Of a stretch of DNA of 64,000 nt, positions 26,769 through 41,840 are shown piece after piece; the stretch's first letter is position 1; each line of letters begins with the position of its first letter. This DNA comes from the human T2T-CHM13v2.0 reference genome, Homo sapiens. The position numbers and the translations under genes were made by a program. The notes beneath the pieces are model-generated. The model searched no databases. It saw only the letters and a list, made by a program, of their open reading frames with translations, and was not told the DNA's origin. The stretch is from NCBI RefSeq assembly GCF_009914755.1, contig NC_060936.1; one strand, given 5' to 3'.

Positions 26769-27599
26769 GGCACATAAGGCACCATACATGTCTGTATGTT
26801 GATCATAGCCAATGCTGTCTTTATGTACTTTTGTTACTTTTTCTTCTCAACGAGCATACACTGCTCAAGGATAAGAACCAGGATTTGATGATGAAGACCT
26901 TATGACAAAGCTAAAGCCAGGTGTGCAGTGCAGTTCTCACAAATGGATGGATAGGTGGACAGGTGGATGAATGAGTGGATGAATTGATGAGTGCATAGTA
27001 TAATAGTAGAGGGTTTTCAGCATTCATATCAAGACAGAGGTCAAACTAGCTATGCTGACAGAAAACCAAACAAAAATGATTTAATCTCTCAAATGATTCA
27101 CATGTAACTGGAATCTTGGCCCTGCTTTTCTCATGAATTGCCCTTCAGGTATATGCCTTCTTGTTGGAACTATTTCTAACTTACTGGGTTGCTGTGGAAA
27201 TCAAATGAGAGAATGTATAATATAATGCTTTATGAAATGTAAAGAGCTATACATATGTAAATAATTAAACTATGTAATTTGAAAGATGCTCTCTCAAAAT
27301 ATCTCCTACCATATTGCCTTTCCTGGCACAATCTGCCCCACAGTGCCTATCTGGTCAGAGTTACACAGCCCTTCTCTAGATCAGAGAACATCCACAGTTC
27401 ATTGTCTTTCTAATGTCACTGAGCAGTGGTTACTCATAAAAGAAGGGATAGGGATGACTTTATCCTTTTCCCAGACACAGAGATAAGTTTATTAGTCTAG
27501 CTTTGAAATCAGACTCCCTGGGTTCAAATCTTGAATTTGGTTCAAACTCTGAGCAAGCGACTCTATCTGTCTATGCCTCTGTCTAGTCCTACTTCCACA

Positions 27600-29245
<1,646 letters not shown>

Positions 29246-29455
29246 TGGCTGAATTTTGTTATGGTATAGGAGTTTTTGTAAGGGTAAAATTAGATGTACG
29301 TAAATTCCTTAGCATACTGTCTAGCTCATAGTAAGTATTCAAAAATAATAGGAACTAAATAAATTTTAGCTCTTATTTTTATAATTAGATTTTTTCCCTT
29401 AATCTCCCATAGCTTTCTAAATAAACAAAAATTAATTATTAATTGAATTATTCAC

Positions 29456-29912
29456 TTGTGGCTTCAAGAAAGATTTGACTTCGCTCATAGAGAGGTACTT
29501 TGATGGTGGAAAATCCGTAGAGGAGAACAGAGACCCATGGAAGGAGAAGCATCTACCTTTGATGTCATCAAACCCAGTGTTTCACTCTCTGGGAGCTTGC
29601 TTTTAAACTGGTCTTTGCAGTATGGCTTGCAACTGGCATGGCCATTATACTATTGAGCACACAGTGGTGGGCCTTGTGACTTTGTTCCCACACATTTCAC
29701 AACAATCTTTGAAAATAGCATGGAGCGATGTTGAAGCTGGTGGCCACCAGCCATAAGAGTCCCATTCAAGTTAAAATATCTGAGAGGTGTGAGAAGGGAA
29801 GATATTTTTCTTATTAATTGCCCTGAAGTAGGCCACAGGGAGCCGTGAAGGGGAGGGTTGGGTGTAGTACAGTATGAAGGAAAGAAAAGTTTATTCAAGG
29901 CATCCATGGAGC
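29456..29912 (-). pseudogene. Candidate decayed exon (457 nt, phase 1-2)
   Basis: Acceptor atttctgtgacaaatatag|G, donor ACAA|GTGAAT. Single frame, 3 stops in about 152 codons: ORF 29650..29940 continues as YNGHASCKPYCKDQFKSKLPESETLGLMTSKVDASP. Phase matches exon 24135-24308. Confidence 0.65.
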
Positions 29913-30561
29913 CTATATTTGTCACAGAAATAACTAACATGTGTTTTATAATTGCTCTGTCAAAACTCAGGACATATTAAAGTCCCAGTAACAACATAAC
30001 TAAAAGTATGGGGAATTAAATCCCGCCCACTGAAAGCTTCTACAGATGCATGCTGCCCACATAGAGAACTGTGCACAAGACTGAATTAGACTGCCTGCAG
30101 CTTCAGCAGACTTGGTGTTAAAATGCTGGGAGCTTTAGGTGAGATGCTATCTGAACCCTGTAAGTTTGAAAATATTGCACTAACACAGTGTCCCAAAAAG
30201 TCACTGTTTTACTAATACAATGGAAATCTTGCTCCAAAGCTACCACTGAGTGGGCTGGAAAAGGAAAACTGTGTAGTGAAAAGATCACAGTCTTTCGACA
30301 TATAGACCGATGAGAGTTCAGAACCCAGCTCTGCTGAGTGGCTTTCGAAAAGGTGCTGAACTAACACAGTGCCTGCCATCTAATAGGGGCCCAATAAGTG
30401 TCTGGTGAATGAAAAAACTAATTTTTAACTTCAGAGAACCTATCTGTAAAATGAGGATAAAAATTACATCTACGCTACCTGACTGTAATGAGCATTAAAG
30501 ATAAGCTGTCTGGCCCCAAAAGTACATGCCAGTAAATTGTAACTTTCTAATTTGCCTTTAC

Positions 30562-30805
30562 CCTCCTAGCAACTGTCTCCTTGTAATACATCCTTCCACC
30601 ACTACGTCCTTTGGGATAGCCAGGCCAGCAGCATTGCCTCACTGTTTGGATTATTTCATCTTTTCTTGAGGAAATTTAGGATAGAAGAGCACATATAGCA
30701 GATTTGAACCCTTATGCTTCAGGCTTTATTGGAGACTGCCTGATCTGATTGGTATATTTTTCAGTGTTTCCTGTGTTCATATGTAAACTGACTATATCCA
30801 GGTAT
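30562..30805 (-). pseudogene. Candidate decayed exon (244 nt)
   Basis: Acceptor attaatttcttag|A, donor GAGG|GTAAAG. Best frame has 2 stops in 81 codons ([30 protein letters not shown]...). Confidence 0.5.
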
Positions 30806-30822
30806 CTAAGAAATTAATTATT

Positions 30823-31103
30823 GGCCAGGCACCGTGGCTCACGCCTGTAATCCCAGCACCTTGGGAGGCCGAGGTGGGTGGATCACTTGAGGTCAGGAGT
30901 TTGAGACCAGCCAGGTCAACATGGTGAAACCCAGTTTCTACTAAAAATACAAAAATTAGCTCGGCATGGTGGCAGGCACCTGTAGTCTCAGCTACTCAGG
31001 AGGCTGAGGCAAAAGAATTGCTTGAACCTGGGAGGTGAAGGTTGCAGTGAGCTGAGGTCATGCCCCTGCACTAGCCTGGGCAACAGAGTGAGGCTCCATC
31101 TCA

Positions 31104-31133
<30 letters not shown>
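30823..31133 (+). mobile_element. Alu (AluSx-like)
   Basis: Full dimer. TSD aagaaattaattatt at 30808-30822 and 31134-31148. Confidence 0.95.
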
Positions 31134-31135
<2 letters not shown>

Positions 31136-31650
31136 GAAATTAATTATTAATTAATATACCTGATATACAATAAGTCAATGCTATGTGTCTCTTTATAGTT
31201 CACAAATTTCTCCAAAATACTATTTCACTTGATGTTGCTCTTGGATCTTCAGAAGGTAAGAAATAACTCTGGGGTAAAGGGAACTTTAGAGAACCAAGAC
31301 ATCTGGGTGGGAATTCACATGTGATGTGATCTGACTGTACTATCTGTCACCCTTTGGAGCCTCAGGGTCAATTCAGTGAATCTGGCCAGTCAAGAGGATG
31401 CTCTTTCTCTCTCCAACTCCATCTTTCCAAAAGCTGGGAGCTTAGGCAGAGAAAAGGTCAGAAGTTCAGTTCAATTTAAGGCAGGGAACTTATAAAAAAC
31501 CTACTGTGGACCAAGATCTGCAGATACAGGGGTACAAAAGATGAGGCCCCAGCCTCCAAGAACCTCACTTCTCAGTGGGTGGAATAGAGACATGAGCAGT
31601 TCCTTTCACTGTAATGCTGTAAATGTTAGGACATAGGGGTTTATTCTCAA

Positions 31651-31730
31651 GGAGAATCGCTTGAACCTGGGAGTCCTTTGGGAGCCTGGAGAACAGCTTG
31701 AACCTGGGAGTCCTTTGGGGGCCTGGAGAA
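31651..31730 (+). repeat. 37-bp tandem duplication containing an Alu-like 23-mer
   Basis: ggagaa(tc/ca)gcttgaacctgggagtcctttggg(a/g)gcct, about 2.2 copies. Confidence 0.85.
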
Positions 31731-32742
31731 GAACACTCAGCCCAGCCCTAGCAGAGAAGAGACACCAGGGAGGGGAGCTCAAACAAAATTTAGTTTGAGG
31801 AGTCCACTGATGGAAAGACACATTCCTTCTTGGCATGGCTCAGGAGTAGGAGCAGCTTACATGGGCAGGGAATGTGTACGTTGTGTGGATACAGAGAGGG
31901 AAAGCCAGGTATGGGTGTTCCAGGCTTTGGAGAGGAGTGCTCTGTGTGTCTCTCTCTTTGCCTCCCACTGACTCTCTCACTCTTAGCTCCTAACTCGTCT
32001 CCAGACTCCAATCTCACCTCACCTCAAACCAGCACAGACACTGCCTCATTACTGCACAATCTTTGAAAGTGACATTTGGCTGTGTTGCTTGCCTACTGAG
32101 ACTATCTCAGTGGCTATCTATTGTCCACAGAATGAAGTTTGCACCCAACCACCACTGTCTGTGACCTGGCCCTCGTCTTCTCTTCCAGCTTCACCTCCAG
32201 CCTCTTGTCCTTTTACCATATGGTCCAGTCTTTGCAACATGGAACCAGCCTCTCACTGCTTGGCCTTTGTACGAGCTGTCCCACCCACTCTCATGTGCTC
32301 TCTTCCATCTCTACCTGCACCCTATTGAAGACTGAGCAGAGGCCATGCCTCTTGGAGGAAGCCTTTGATGACAGTGCTCCCCAGCCTTGTCTCCAACACC
32401 CGCTCTGTCTCAGTTTTCCATCTGGTTTAGACGCTCTGTCTTCTCTGTGCCCACGTATTGATTACATATTTTAGTCCTCCTTTTTTTTTTCTAGTGCCTC
32501 CATCAAGGATGTATGATTCCTGAGTAGCAGGGTTTTTTGCCTTTGCTGTATTCATAACACCGGGGGTACTCCAGTGACCAGTGGGGCTGTACATCCTTGG
32601 CTTGTCCCCCACATCCACTTTTCACCCCTCTCCTAGCTCTGTATCTTGGGAGCCCGGACTGCAAGCTCCCTTCTAGTTAGCTTCTGGTTGTGTAGGTCTT
32701 TGGGAGGCCCCGGCTGGGCACTGAGAGGTAAGAAGACAATAA

Positions 32743-33109
<367 letters not shown>

Positions 33110-33399
33110 GGCTGTGTCCCTTTCTTTAAGGCCGTGGCTCCTCTCAGGAGGCCTGCTCCATAGAGCATTCCTTTCTGGGTTGCAGGAACTCTTCTGACTG
33201 TTATCCCTTCAGGCCTAGGGGTGGCAGTGGCTCCCCGCTGTTACTAAGACCCACAGTTGTGCACTACACCTTGTTCATTTCCTTACTCCAGTCCATGCAA
33301 ATGCTTGCCAATAGCCCGTTTATTAAACTCCATGCAAATCACTTCATTGAAACGTACCATTTGTTTTTTGATATACAAGCACACAGAAGTAATGTAATA

Positions 33400-33505
33400 A
33401 GAAGGAAGGAAAGAAGGAAGGAAGGAAGGGCGGATGGAAGGAAAGAAGGGAGGGAATGGAAAGGAAAGGAAAGGAAAAGAAAGGAAAGGAAAGGAGAGAA
33501 AAGAA
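33400..33505 (+). repeat. GA-rich (GGAA/GGAAA)n simple repeat
   Basis: Read directly. Confidence 0.9.
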
Positions 33506-33925
33506 TAATATCTCTAAGTAAGGTATTTCCTGAGCTAGACTCGCTACACATTTTGATTCTTGTCATTATTAACTGTGTGTAACTGGAACTTTCATTATTC
33601 TTTTTCCCCCCATGATACAGTTTTTATTTTTACTGCGGTAAAATTTATAAACCGTGAGATGCACAGATATTAAGTATTCAGTTCAATGAGTTTTGACAAA
33701 TGTATTTTCTTGTATAACCAACAGCCCAGCCAACATATAAAATATTTCTATCACCCAGAAATTGCCCTCTTTGAAAAACACTCTGACCCTCACAGGGGAT
33801 CTGATCTGTGTCACCATAGATTAGTTGGCCTATTCTTGAATTTCATACAAATGGAATCGGTGCTCTCTTGTGCGAAGCTTCTATACAGCTGTTAAAAACA
33901 GTGTTGTTAATAGCGTAAAACATAC

Positions 33926-34400
33926 CTGGAGAAACAGCGTCAGTCCTGCCAAGGCTCTCCACAGCAAAGATCCAGGCTGAGAAGCCCAGAGGCCGAAGAG
34001 ACTCAGTAGGGTTCAATTGGGAAAGCAGAGGCACGTGATTCATTGCTAGCAAGGAAGAGTCTGTGGAGGCATGGGGGTGGGGTTGAGGCAGCAGGTTGCA
34101 GGTTGCACCAGAAGCCTTGACAAGGCCAGGCCTTCAGCAAGAGCACTGGGTTGACTTGAACTTTTACTATTCTTTATCATCGCTGACAGTGTGATTTGTC
34201 AAAAACTTCCCTGAGAGGATGTTGCAAGCCGTGACTTCCTAGAATGAGGGCCAGGGTCTCCTCTGGAAGGTCATAACCTTAGGAAAGAATTTCACACCCT
34301 CTGGCCTGAGAGCAAATATAATTCTTGTGCCACAACGGAGCAGTTCCAATGGAAAGAAGTGCCCGCAAGGGGACTTCTGAGGAAAGGTACAGAGCTGGAC
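33926..34400 (-). pseudogene. Candidate decayed exon (475 nt, phase 0-1)
   Basis: Strong acceptor cttcttttctccttcacccttcag|G and donor CCAG|GTATGT. ORFs 34239..34430 and 33843..34052 share one frame; 4 stops in 158 codons. Confidence 0.7.
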
Positions 34401-35019
34401 CTGAAGGGTGAAGGAGAAAAGAAGGTTCATGTGATAGAAGAAAGGATCCGTGGTGCTGAAAGACTCCAGTGCTAACTGAAGCTGCTAGAGAATTAACCGC
34501 AGACCAAAATAAATTAATGTAAAATGGTCACCATTGCCTCCACTCAAGTTTTCTGAGGGTGAATGTTTTTCATATGGCCAAATATGAAGAATTTGATTTG
34601 CAACTCCCAAATCTCTAAAGCTATGAAAGCCCAGAGTCCCCCAGCTCAGATGCAGGTGGGTCTCCCTCTCAGGTGACTGTCCTGGAGATTGTTACAGGGT
34701 CTCAGGCTTCAGGCAACAGGAGAAAGCTGTGGTAAGCCTCCTCATTCCCTTTACAACCAAGGCTGCAGCAACTACTTCAACACCATTTTCTTCCATTTCC
34801 AATGACTACTGTTAACGAGTTTGCAACTCAACATATCATTCCAACACCCCCCTCCCAAAAAAATCTTATTCATGATTTTGACACATAAGAAGGCAATTGA
34901 TACTGTGAAATGTCAGAGCAAATTGGCACATTTTGTTCACCACAACTTAATGATTTCTTATTATTTACTTCAAATCGCCATTCCCACATTTATTACAAAG
35001 GTGAATTTTTAACAGAAAC

Positions 35020-35077
35020 CTGTGATTTTTCCAGACTACGTGCCCTTTGAACGCTAAGCCCCTCAGCTCGAACATGC
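35020..35077 (-). pseudogene. Candidate 58-nt exon (phase 2-0)
   Basis: Acceptor gcatgtatttcag|G, weak donor ACAG|GTTTCT. Reads HVRAEGLSVQRARSLEKSQ and bridges the phases of both neighbours. Confidence 0.4.
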
Positions 35078-35167
35078 CTGAAATACATGCACAAACAATA
35101 TAAAAAGGCCCATAGCCCAGGATCCAAGTGGCATTTGGAATTCCAGCCCACTGAGAAATGTTTCCAC

Positions 35168-35623
35168 CTACTTCCCATGACTAGAAAGCAGCTGAAGGAA
35201 AGTCACTCTGAACAGTAATTGCATGTTTTGTAAAAGCTATCAAAAGTTACACACAGATGCATTTTACAAAGACCTGGAGGGGTGTTCACACTTCTTGGCA
35301 GGTGTGTGAGCCTGTGGCTCTAACAAACCTGGCCCTAGAGCCACAAAGGTGGCTCAGGTGATCTTGAACACATCTCTATTAGATGATTTTAAACATTCCC
35401 TCCACATCTGTATGGCTTGGCAGCAAGCTGCAAATGTGTTTCTGTCACTGGAGCCCTTCAAGGGCTGCTATCTTCCCGTAAGCCATAATGAATCCCACAG
35501 TCAAACACTGCATGGTGTGCAAACTTCTGAACACCTGCACTCTCCAAATCCTGCCTTTGACTTATGCGATAGTGTTTGTCACTTCATTGGCACTGCATTA
35601 TAGAAACTAAGTGTAATTGCGAC
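35168..35623 (-). pseudogene. Candidate decayed exon (456 nt, phase 2-2)
   Basis: Acceptor gaacctttctag|G, donor TAG|GTGGAA. One frame with 6 stops (SDKHYRISQRQDLESAGVQKFAHHAVFDCGIHYGLREDSSP...). Confidence 0.5.
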
Positions 35624-36906
35624 CTAGAAAGGTTCAACAGTGAAACCAAAAAAAGAATAAAAGTAAAGGAACCTCGGCTTAATATGGAGCATCAAGAACC
35701 GCCTCAGTCTCGGAGTGTTCGGAGGACTCCAGTTAACAGTGGAGGAAAACCAGGCTTGCGTTTGAATATTACTTTAGCTGGAAAACACTATTTCATTACA
35801 TTAATGTCTGCACTAATTATTATAATAATCCTGAGTTTACACCAGTAACAAATCAATTGTAATGAGCTGAACAAAAGAATCTAGGTGGAATTCTTCCCTA
35901 TAAATATGCTCCTGTCAGTGCAGTCAAAACACAGTGCCAGAACACTGCCTGTGTCAGTGAATAACACATTTTAAAACTGGTATGTCCTTTTAATCTCTTA
36001 ATTGGTTGTGTATGTGGGAAATCCTATGAAAAGTGAAGTCTCTGTCCACCTGGATTTTTGAAGGATAGCTATACTTACAGCTGTCACAAGTTGTCAGTAT
36101 TTTGTAAAGTGTCTGAGTCTGATTAGGTATAGAGGTGCGGAATTTGAGTGTCACAGAAGGGGCCTGAATTTGAATCTTGGAATGTAAACAAATTAGGATT
36201 TTGTAGTGCCTAATATAGTGTGCTCATACAGTTTCTTTGAATAAATGTGGTTGGTTGCCTTAAAAGTTAATCAATCCCCACTTCTAAAATAGTTTTACAA
36301 CTGATATGGTTGAGCACAAAGAAATAATTTTTTATTCTAAAACAGCTCTGCAAAGTTGGATAGGGTTGACTTTAAAAGTTGCTCATGTGAACGATTCAGT
36401 CGTTTAGGCTCCTTTCACAGACATTACCCTATTGTATCCTCCTAACCCAGGAAGTAGATAGGAGAGGTTTAAAAGGTTCTGAAAGGTTAAATGAGTTCCT
36501 GAAGGTCACAATGCTAATTAACAGTTGAGCAATTTCTAGAACCCAGATCTCTGTGCACCTTGTTTATGACAACACATTTTCTCTGAACAGGTTATTTTTT
36601 GGTTAGATCATTGACGGTACTATATGGTGAGTGCTGAGGGAAACCTAGGAAGAATGATTCCACATTTAGGTTGTTGACATGAGTTGCTATCTATGTAAAC
36701 ACGTCTTTAGAGTCTCTCAGAAATGAATGGAATTGCTTTTGTTCAGCTAACAGAAAATAACTAGTGGGCAATGTCATAGAAGAGGGAGAAATATCACTTA
36801 AGTTTGGGGACCACTTAATATAAGCATCTAACTGTGTGTGTGTGCATAGATGCTTGTGCATGCGTGCGTGTGTGTGTGTACATATGAGTAAGAAAGTGAA
36901 GGAGAA

Positions 36907-37327
<421 letters not shown>

Positions 37328-37438
37328 TCAAAGTCAGGATGGCTGAAATGTGTGTTAAAGTGTAGGAGATTAAAATATTATGCCTAACACTGTATAATGC
37401 ATCATGGAAAAATCCTTGTAAGTATAAATTAGCTTTAC

Positions 37439-37841
37439 TGTTGAGTATGAAATCTTCCTTTTGGTTATTTATGAAGCTTCATTTTGAAGATTGCCTTCAC
37501 TGACTAACAAGCAAATCAGAACTTGTCATGTGCAAATCTTGTGAAGATTGCAAGGCCAGTATATAATTAGCCTCAAAAGAGTGTGACCAAATTGGGTAAA
37601 AAATAAAAACACTATGAAAAGGGAATAAGAAAACCAAAAGGAGGTCAGGGTGTGGTCAAACCATGGGAACCCTTTAACTTTATGTTTTCCTGACATGGTG
37701 ATGTTCAAAGTCTGTAGAAAAAGTGAAATTATGAAACAGATATTCCTATTCTGCTATTCAAAGAGCTGCTATTGTTCATAGATCAAAGAATCTGGTGATG
37801 AAGAGAAGTTTATACAGCACTGAGTGTGAAAAATATTCAAA
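37439..37841 (-). pseudogene. Candidate decayed exon (about 403 nt)
   Basis: Pyrimidine tract ctttctttttgttgttccgag|T. ORFs 37769..38008 and 37526..37708 share one frame. Donor ACA|GTAAAG. Confidence 0.5.
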
Positions 37842-38173
37842 CTCGGAACAACAAAAAGAAAGTTGGCAGGAGGAGAAAACAGGGATGAGGAGGAGGAAGG
37901 GCTAGAACAGTGACTTGCTCCATCCCAAGTGCTCAATAAATATTTGCGGAAGAAATGAGGAAGGCTATGGAGAGCTCTTTTTCCTTCAGGCTGTATCATC
38001 AAATACACCCTTCCTCAGTGACCTCTCTTCCCCCGCCCTAGCCCAATTTTCTTTCTACTCTAAAAATCAGAAGCAAGATTCCAATCCTATATTTTACCCT
38101 CTTGCTAATCATGTATGTAATGCCCTGAAGTCATTTTCGAATTTCCTGTAAGGCACACACCACCCTTTCTCAC

Positions 38174-38656
38174 CACAGAGAGTCTTGCTTGTGAGGTCAG
38201 ATGGTTCTCACAGATGACATGAAGGAAAAAATTCCCAACTAATTGTCATTGCTTAAACCCTCTTCCCTCACAGTCTCCAGAGATGGGACTCTGGGTTTCA
38301 CAGGGACCATTACATCAGAAGGGTCTGTCAAGGCTTTAGTTAATGAACCCAGTTGAGATCATCCCCTGCAGGGTGGGGTGCATGCAGACCCTGGGTGTGA
38401 AGGCTTCAAGGGGGAAAACCCAGGAAGTGGTCAGATGACTCAGTGGTGGTGCTTTGTTGAGTCAGACCTAGGCACTGGCACTATGATGTTCCAATGTGCA
38501 ATGGGAGACCCCAGCTCTCAAAAGAATTTCTTCATGCTCATTGTCCACAAGGTCCTCATTAGATCCCAGGACCTCTTCCTTCTTGTTTTTGTCTTTTCAT
38601 CATTTAACTGTGGAGTTTGTGCCTTTAGAGTCACTGTTACATCCCAGCCAAGGTGT
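38174..38656 (-). pseudogene. Candidate decayed exon (483 nt, phase 2-2)
   Basis: Acceptor gctcacttctatag|A, donor TGTG|GTGAGA. Reads HLGWDVTVTLKAQTPQLNDEKTKTRRKRSWDLMRTL...SLTKALTDPSDVMVPVKPRVPSLETVREEGL. Confidence 0.55.
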
Positions 38657-39333
38657 CTATAGAAGTGAGCTGCTGTATGGAGGTGAAGTAATCCTCATAC
38701 TACATATAAATGTGTAATTAGTTCAACAAATATTTATTGAGCACCTAGACTGTGTCAGGAGTTCCGTTGCTTATTAATTTGTATTGAGGTAATTTGCAAC
38801 TCATATTCTCCTGAAAATATTTTCATTTATCATATGCCCTCTTTAATTAAGTTGTTGTCTGCTCTCTGAGAAACACCATTAAACAAGTATCTTCATCTTG
38901 TCACTTGAGCCAAGTTAGTTTTAGTGTAACTCATACAGAGGAGAAGAGAGGCAACAGAGAAGAGCAAGTCCTTACTCATACAGCATATTGAGTATCTCCC
39001 AGAACTGTAGAGGCAATAAGGAAAAAACTGATACGGGAGGGGTGGTGAGAATCAAATATCTGTGATATATCCATTCATCCAGATTATAAATTGCTACAAT
39101 AAAGAGAGCAAATTTCCCCCAAGTCTATATTGCTTCTCAGTATTAATATAGACCTCTTTGTGGTCTTTGTGTCCAGTAAATCTCTCTTGACATTAAAGTG
39201 CTTTTTAAAAATTTCTGCTTTAGTAAAAGTATTGTCTCAATGACAAAATACTAGCCCAGAAACCAGGTCTAAATTCAATGAATTCCAGTAACTGTCCCTA
39301 AAAACAAATATTCTGGGAGTGATTTCTCAAACT

Positions 39334-39835
39334 GTGTGGACAGAATAATGGCCCCCAGAGATGTCTACATCCACATCTCCAGAACCTGTGAAAATCTTAC
39401 TTTATGTAGCTAAAGAGACTCTGCAGATGGAATTAAGCTAAATGTTTTGAGATGGGGAGAATACTCTGGATTATCGAGGTGGGCCCAGTGTCATCACAAG
39501 GGTCCTTATTATAAGAGGGAGGCAAGATCTCTTGTCCCATCTCCCTATCAAACATCAGAAAGGAGATGGGATAAAAGAATCTGAGGTTGGAACCATGTGC
39601 TTTGAAGATAGAGGAGGGGGCCATGAGCCAAGACAAGCAGGAAGCCTCTAAAAGCTGGAAAAGTCAAGGAAATAGATTTTCCCTTGGAGCCTCCACAAGG
39701 AATAAACCCTGCTGATGGCTTTGTTTTAGCTTCATAAAACTCATTTCAGACTTCTGACCTTCAGAATTGTAGATAATAAATGTATAATGTTTTAAGTCAC
39801 TAAATTGTGATAATTTGCTATGGCAGCCATAGGAC
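39334..39835 (+). mobile_element. MLT1 (MLT1D-like) MaLR LTR
   Basis: gacagaataatggccccc...agaacctgtgaa...ctggattatcgaggtgggccc...ttctgaccttcagaattg. Confidence 0.85.
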
Positions 39836-40159
39836 ATGTGTATTTGTATGTGGCATAGAAATAACTCAAGCTGAATAATTGATGTCTTCTGATTTCATTC
39901 CTTCACCAAATATTTATATATTAACTACCCCGTAGTTGCTAACATTCTGGAAACTGGGGACATGAGAGTAAGCAAAATAAACATGGTTTCTGTTCAGTTT
40001 AGGAGGAGGCAGGACTTTGTTCATTATACATATGAGGAAATTTATGAATTTATCTAATGTGAAAATTAAACCAGCTGTTTATATAGGAAAACAAAACAAC
40101 TGGTTAAGTTTTTTTTTTTTGCTTCCAATAAGTTAGGTTGGTGTCCCACTGTGACTCAC

Positions 40160-41389
40160 TGTATTTTTATGTCATAATTGACTAGTATTACAACCATAAC
40201 TGTGGTCATTTGCTAGTCAAGTTCCAACTCTGCCCCTGCTTTCTTTAAAGCCTAGTGTCACAGAGATAAATTGAGAATATTCAAGGACTTGTGATTTTTT
40301 AAATTGAATTCTCATGACCCTATGTCCAAAAAAGATGGGTATGCAAAAAATGCCTCTACAGCTAATGATGAACCAAGTACAAATACATCTTAAGCAGTCA
40401 AGGTTTTATTACAAAGAAGTTTGAGAAAAACGCTCCTTAAATATGGTCCAAAAGGGAAGAATACTCATTCTCTTTTCACATGAAGAAAAAAATATCATAA
40501 TGGTTAGAAAGACTTCCTTTGCCCAATAAAGCTCATGAAGTTTAAGCTCCAGGGTCCTTCCTTCTCATAGTTTCTTTCTATCCAAAAATCTGAGAGTGGG
40601 TAAAGAAATATGTGCCATGAGGGTTTTTTAAAAATAAGATATTAAGTATATATATTTTGGTTTAGAAAGCTATCTTGGCAGGGCATGGTAGCTCACACCT
40701 GTAATCCCAACATTTTGGGAGACCAAGGCAGGAGGATTGCTGGAGTCTGGGAGTTTGAGACCAGCCTGAGCAATATGGCAAAATCCCGCCTCTACCAAAA
40801 AAATAAATAAATAAATACAAAAATACAAAAATACAAAAACTAGCTGGGCGTGATGGTGAATGCCTGTAGTCCCAGCTACTTGGGAGGCTGAAATTGTAGA
40901 ATTGCTTGAGCATGGAGTTGCAGTGAGCAGAGATTGTGCCACTGCACTCCAGCCCAGGCAATGGAGTCACATCTTGTCAAAAAAAAAAAAAAAAGAAAAG
41001 AAAGAAAAGAAAGAAAAAAAGAAAGTTATCCCTCTTTACTCCAACTTTCTGTTCCACTTTTCCCCATTCCAATGATGTTGGTGTGGCCATGGTTGTTTCT
41101 TGAATCTTCCAAGGGGAGGTTGGGTGGAGGTGCACATTTTTTTGGTTCAGTGGGACATGTTGATGTGGTTTGAAGCAATATTCATGTGTAGTTGGCACAT
41201 TGCTAGCCATTTTAGTGTAGTGTTGAGTTTTAGTTCCTGCCCACTGTGCCGACTCTCCTGGTGTTGTGCCATGAGGTACAGGTCAGAGGTTCTATTGTGA
41301 TAGGAACAGGTGCCATGACACCCAGCACTGAAAGCGTGTGGGTAAGAGAGAGCAGCCCAGGTTTGAAATTGATGGAATCACAAGTTAGT
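40160..41389 (-). pseudogene. Candidate large exon interrupted by an AluJ
   Basis: Acceptor gatttattctcag|A at 41389 and consensus donor ACA|GTGAGT at 40160. With the Alu and one TSD removed, the frame of ORF 40977..41210 reaches the donor in phase 2, matching exon 38174-38656. The distal part has many stops. Confidence 0.4.
40677..41019 (+). mobile_element. Alu (AluJ-like)
   Basis: ggaggattgctggagtctgggagtttgagaccagcctgagcaa. TSD agaaag(c/t)tatc at 40664-40674 and 41020-41030. Confidence 0.93.
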
Positions 41390-41490
41390 CTGAGAATAAA
41401 TCTTCTGTAACATGTAAATGTATAAGTAAAGAATTGAGTTTTTCTTAATTCTTAGTCATAATAGAAGTTCTATTCTGTCAGGAATATCCT

Positions 41491-41840
41491 TGATGTGGTT
41501 TGGCTGTGTCCCCATCCAAATCCCATCTTGAATTCCCATGTGTTGTAGGAGGAACCCAGTGGGAGATAATTGAATCATGGGGGCAGGTCTTTTCTGTGCC
41601 GTTCTTATGATAGTGAATACGTTTCACAAGATCTGATGGCTTTACAAGGTGGAGTTTCCCTGCACAAGTTCTCTCTCTCTTTGCCTGCTGCCTTCCATGT
41701 AATACGTGACTTGCCCCTCCTTGTCTTCCACCATGATTGTGAGGCCTCCCCAGCCATGTGGAACTGTAAGTCCATTAAACCTCTTTTTCTTCCCAGTCTC
41801 AGGTATGCCTTTATCAGCAGCATGAAAACAGACTAATACA
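41491..41840 (+). mobile_element. THE1 (THE1A-like) solo LTR
   Basis: tgatgtggtttggctgtgtcccc ... cagcagcatgaaaacagactaataca. 5-bp TSD atcct/atact. Confidence 0.93.

Noticed and set aside
31651-31730. CRISPR-like direct repeats
   Set aside because: Adjacent tandem copies without spacers, in primate DNA.
34530-34850. Possible additional minus-strand exon
   Set aside because: The donor-like ATG|GTGACC is weak, there is no clear acceptor, and the frame I read has several stops.
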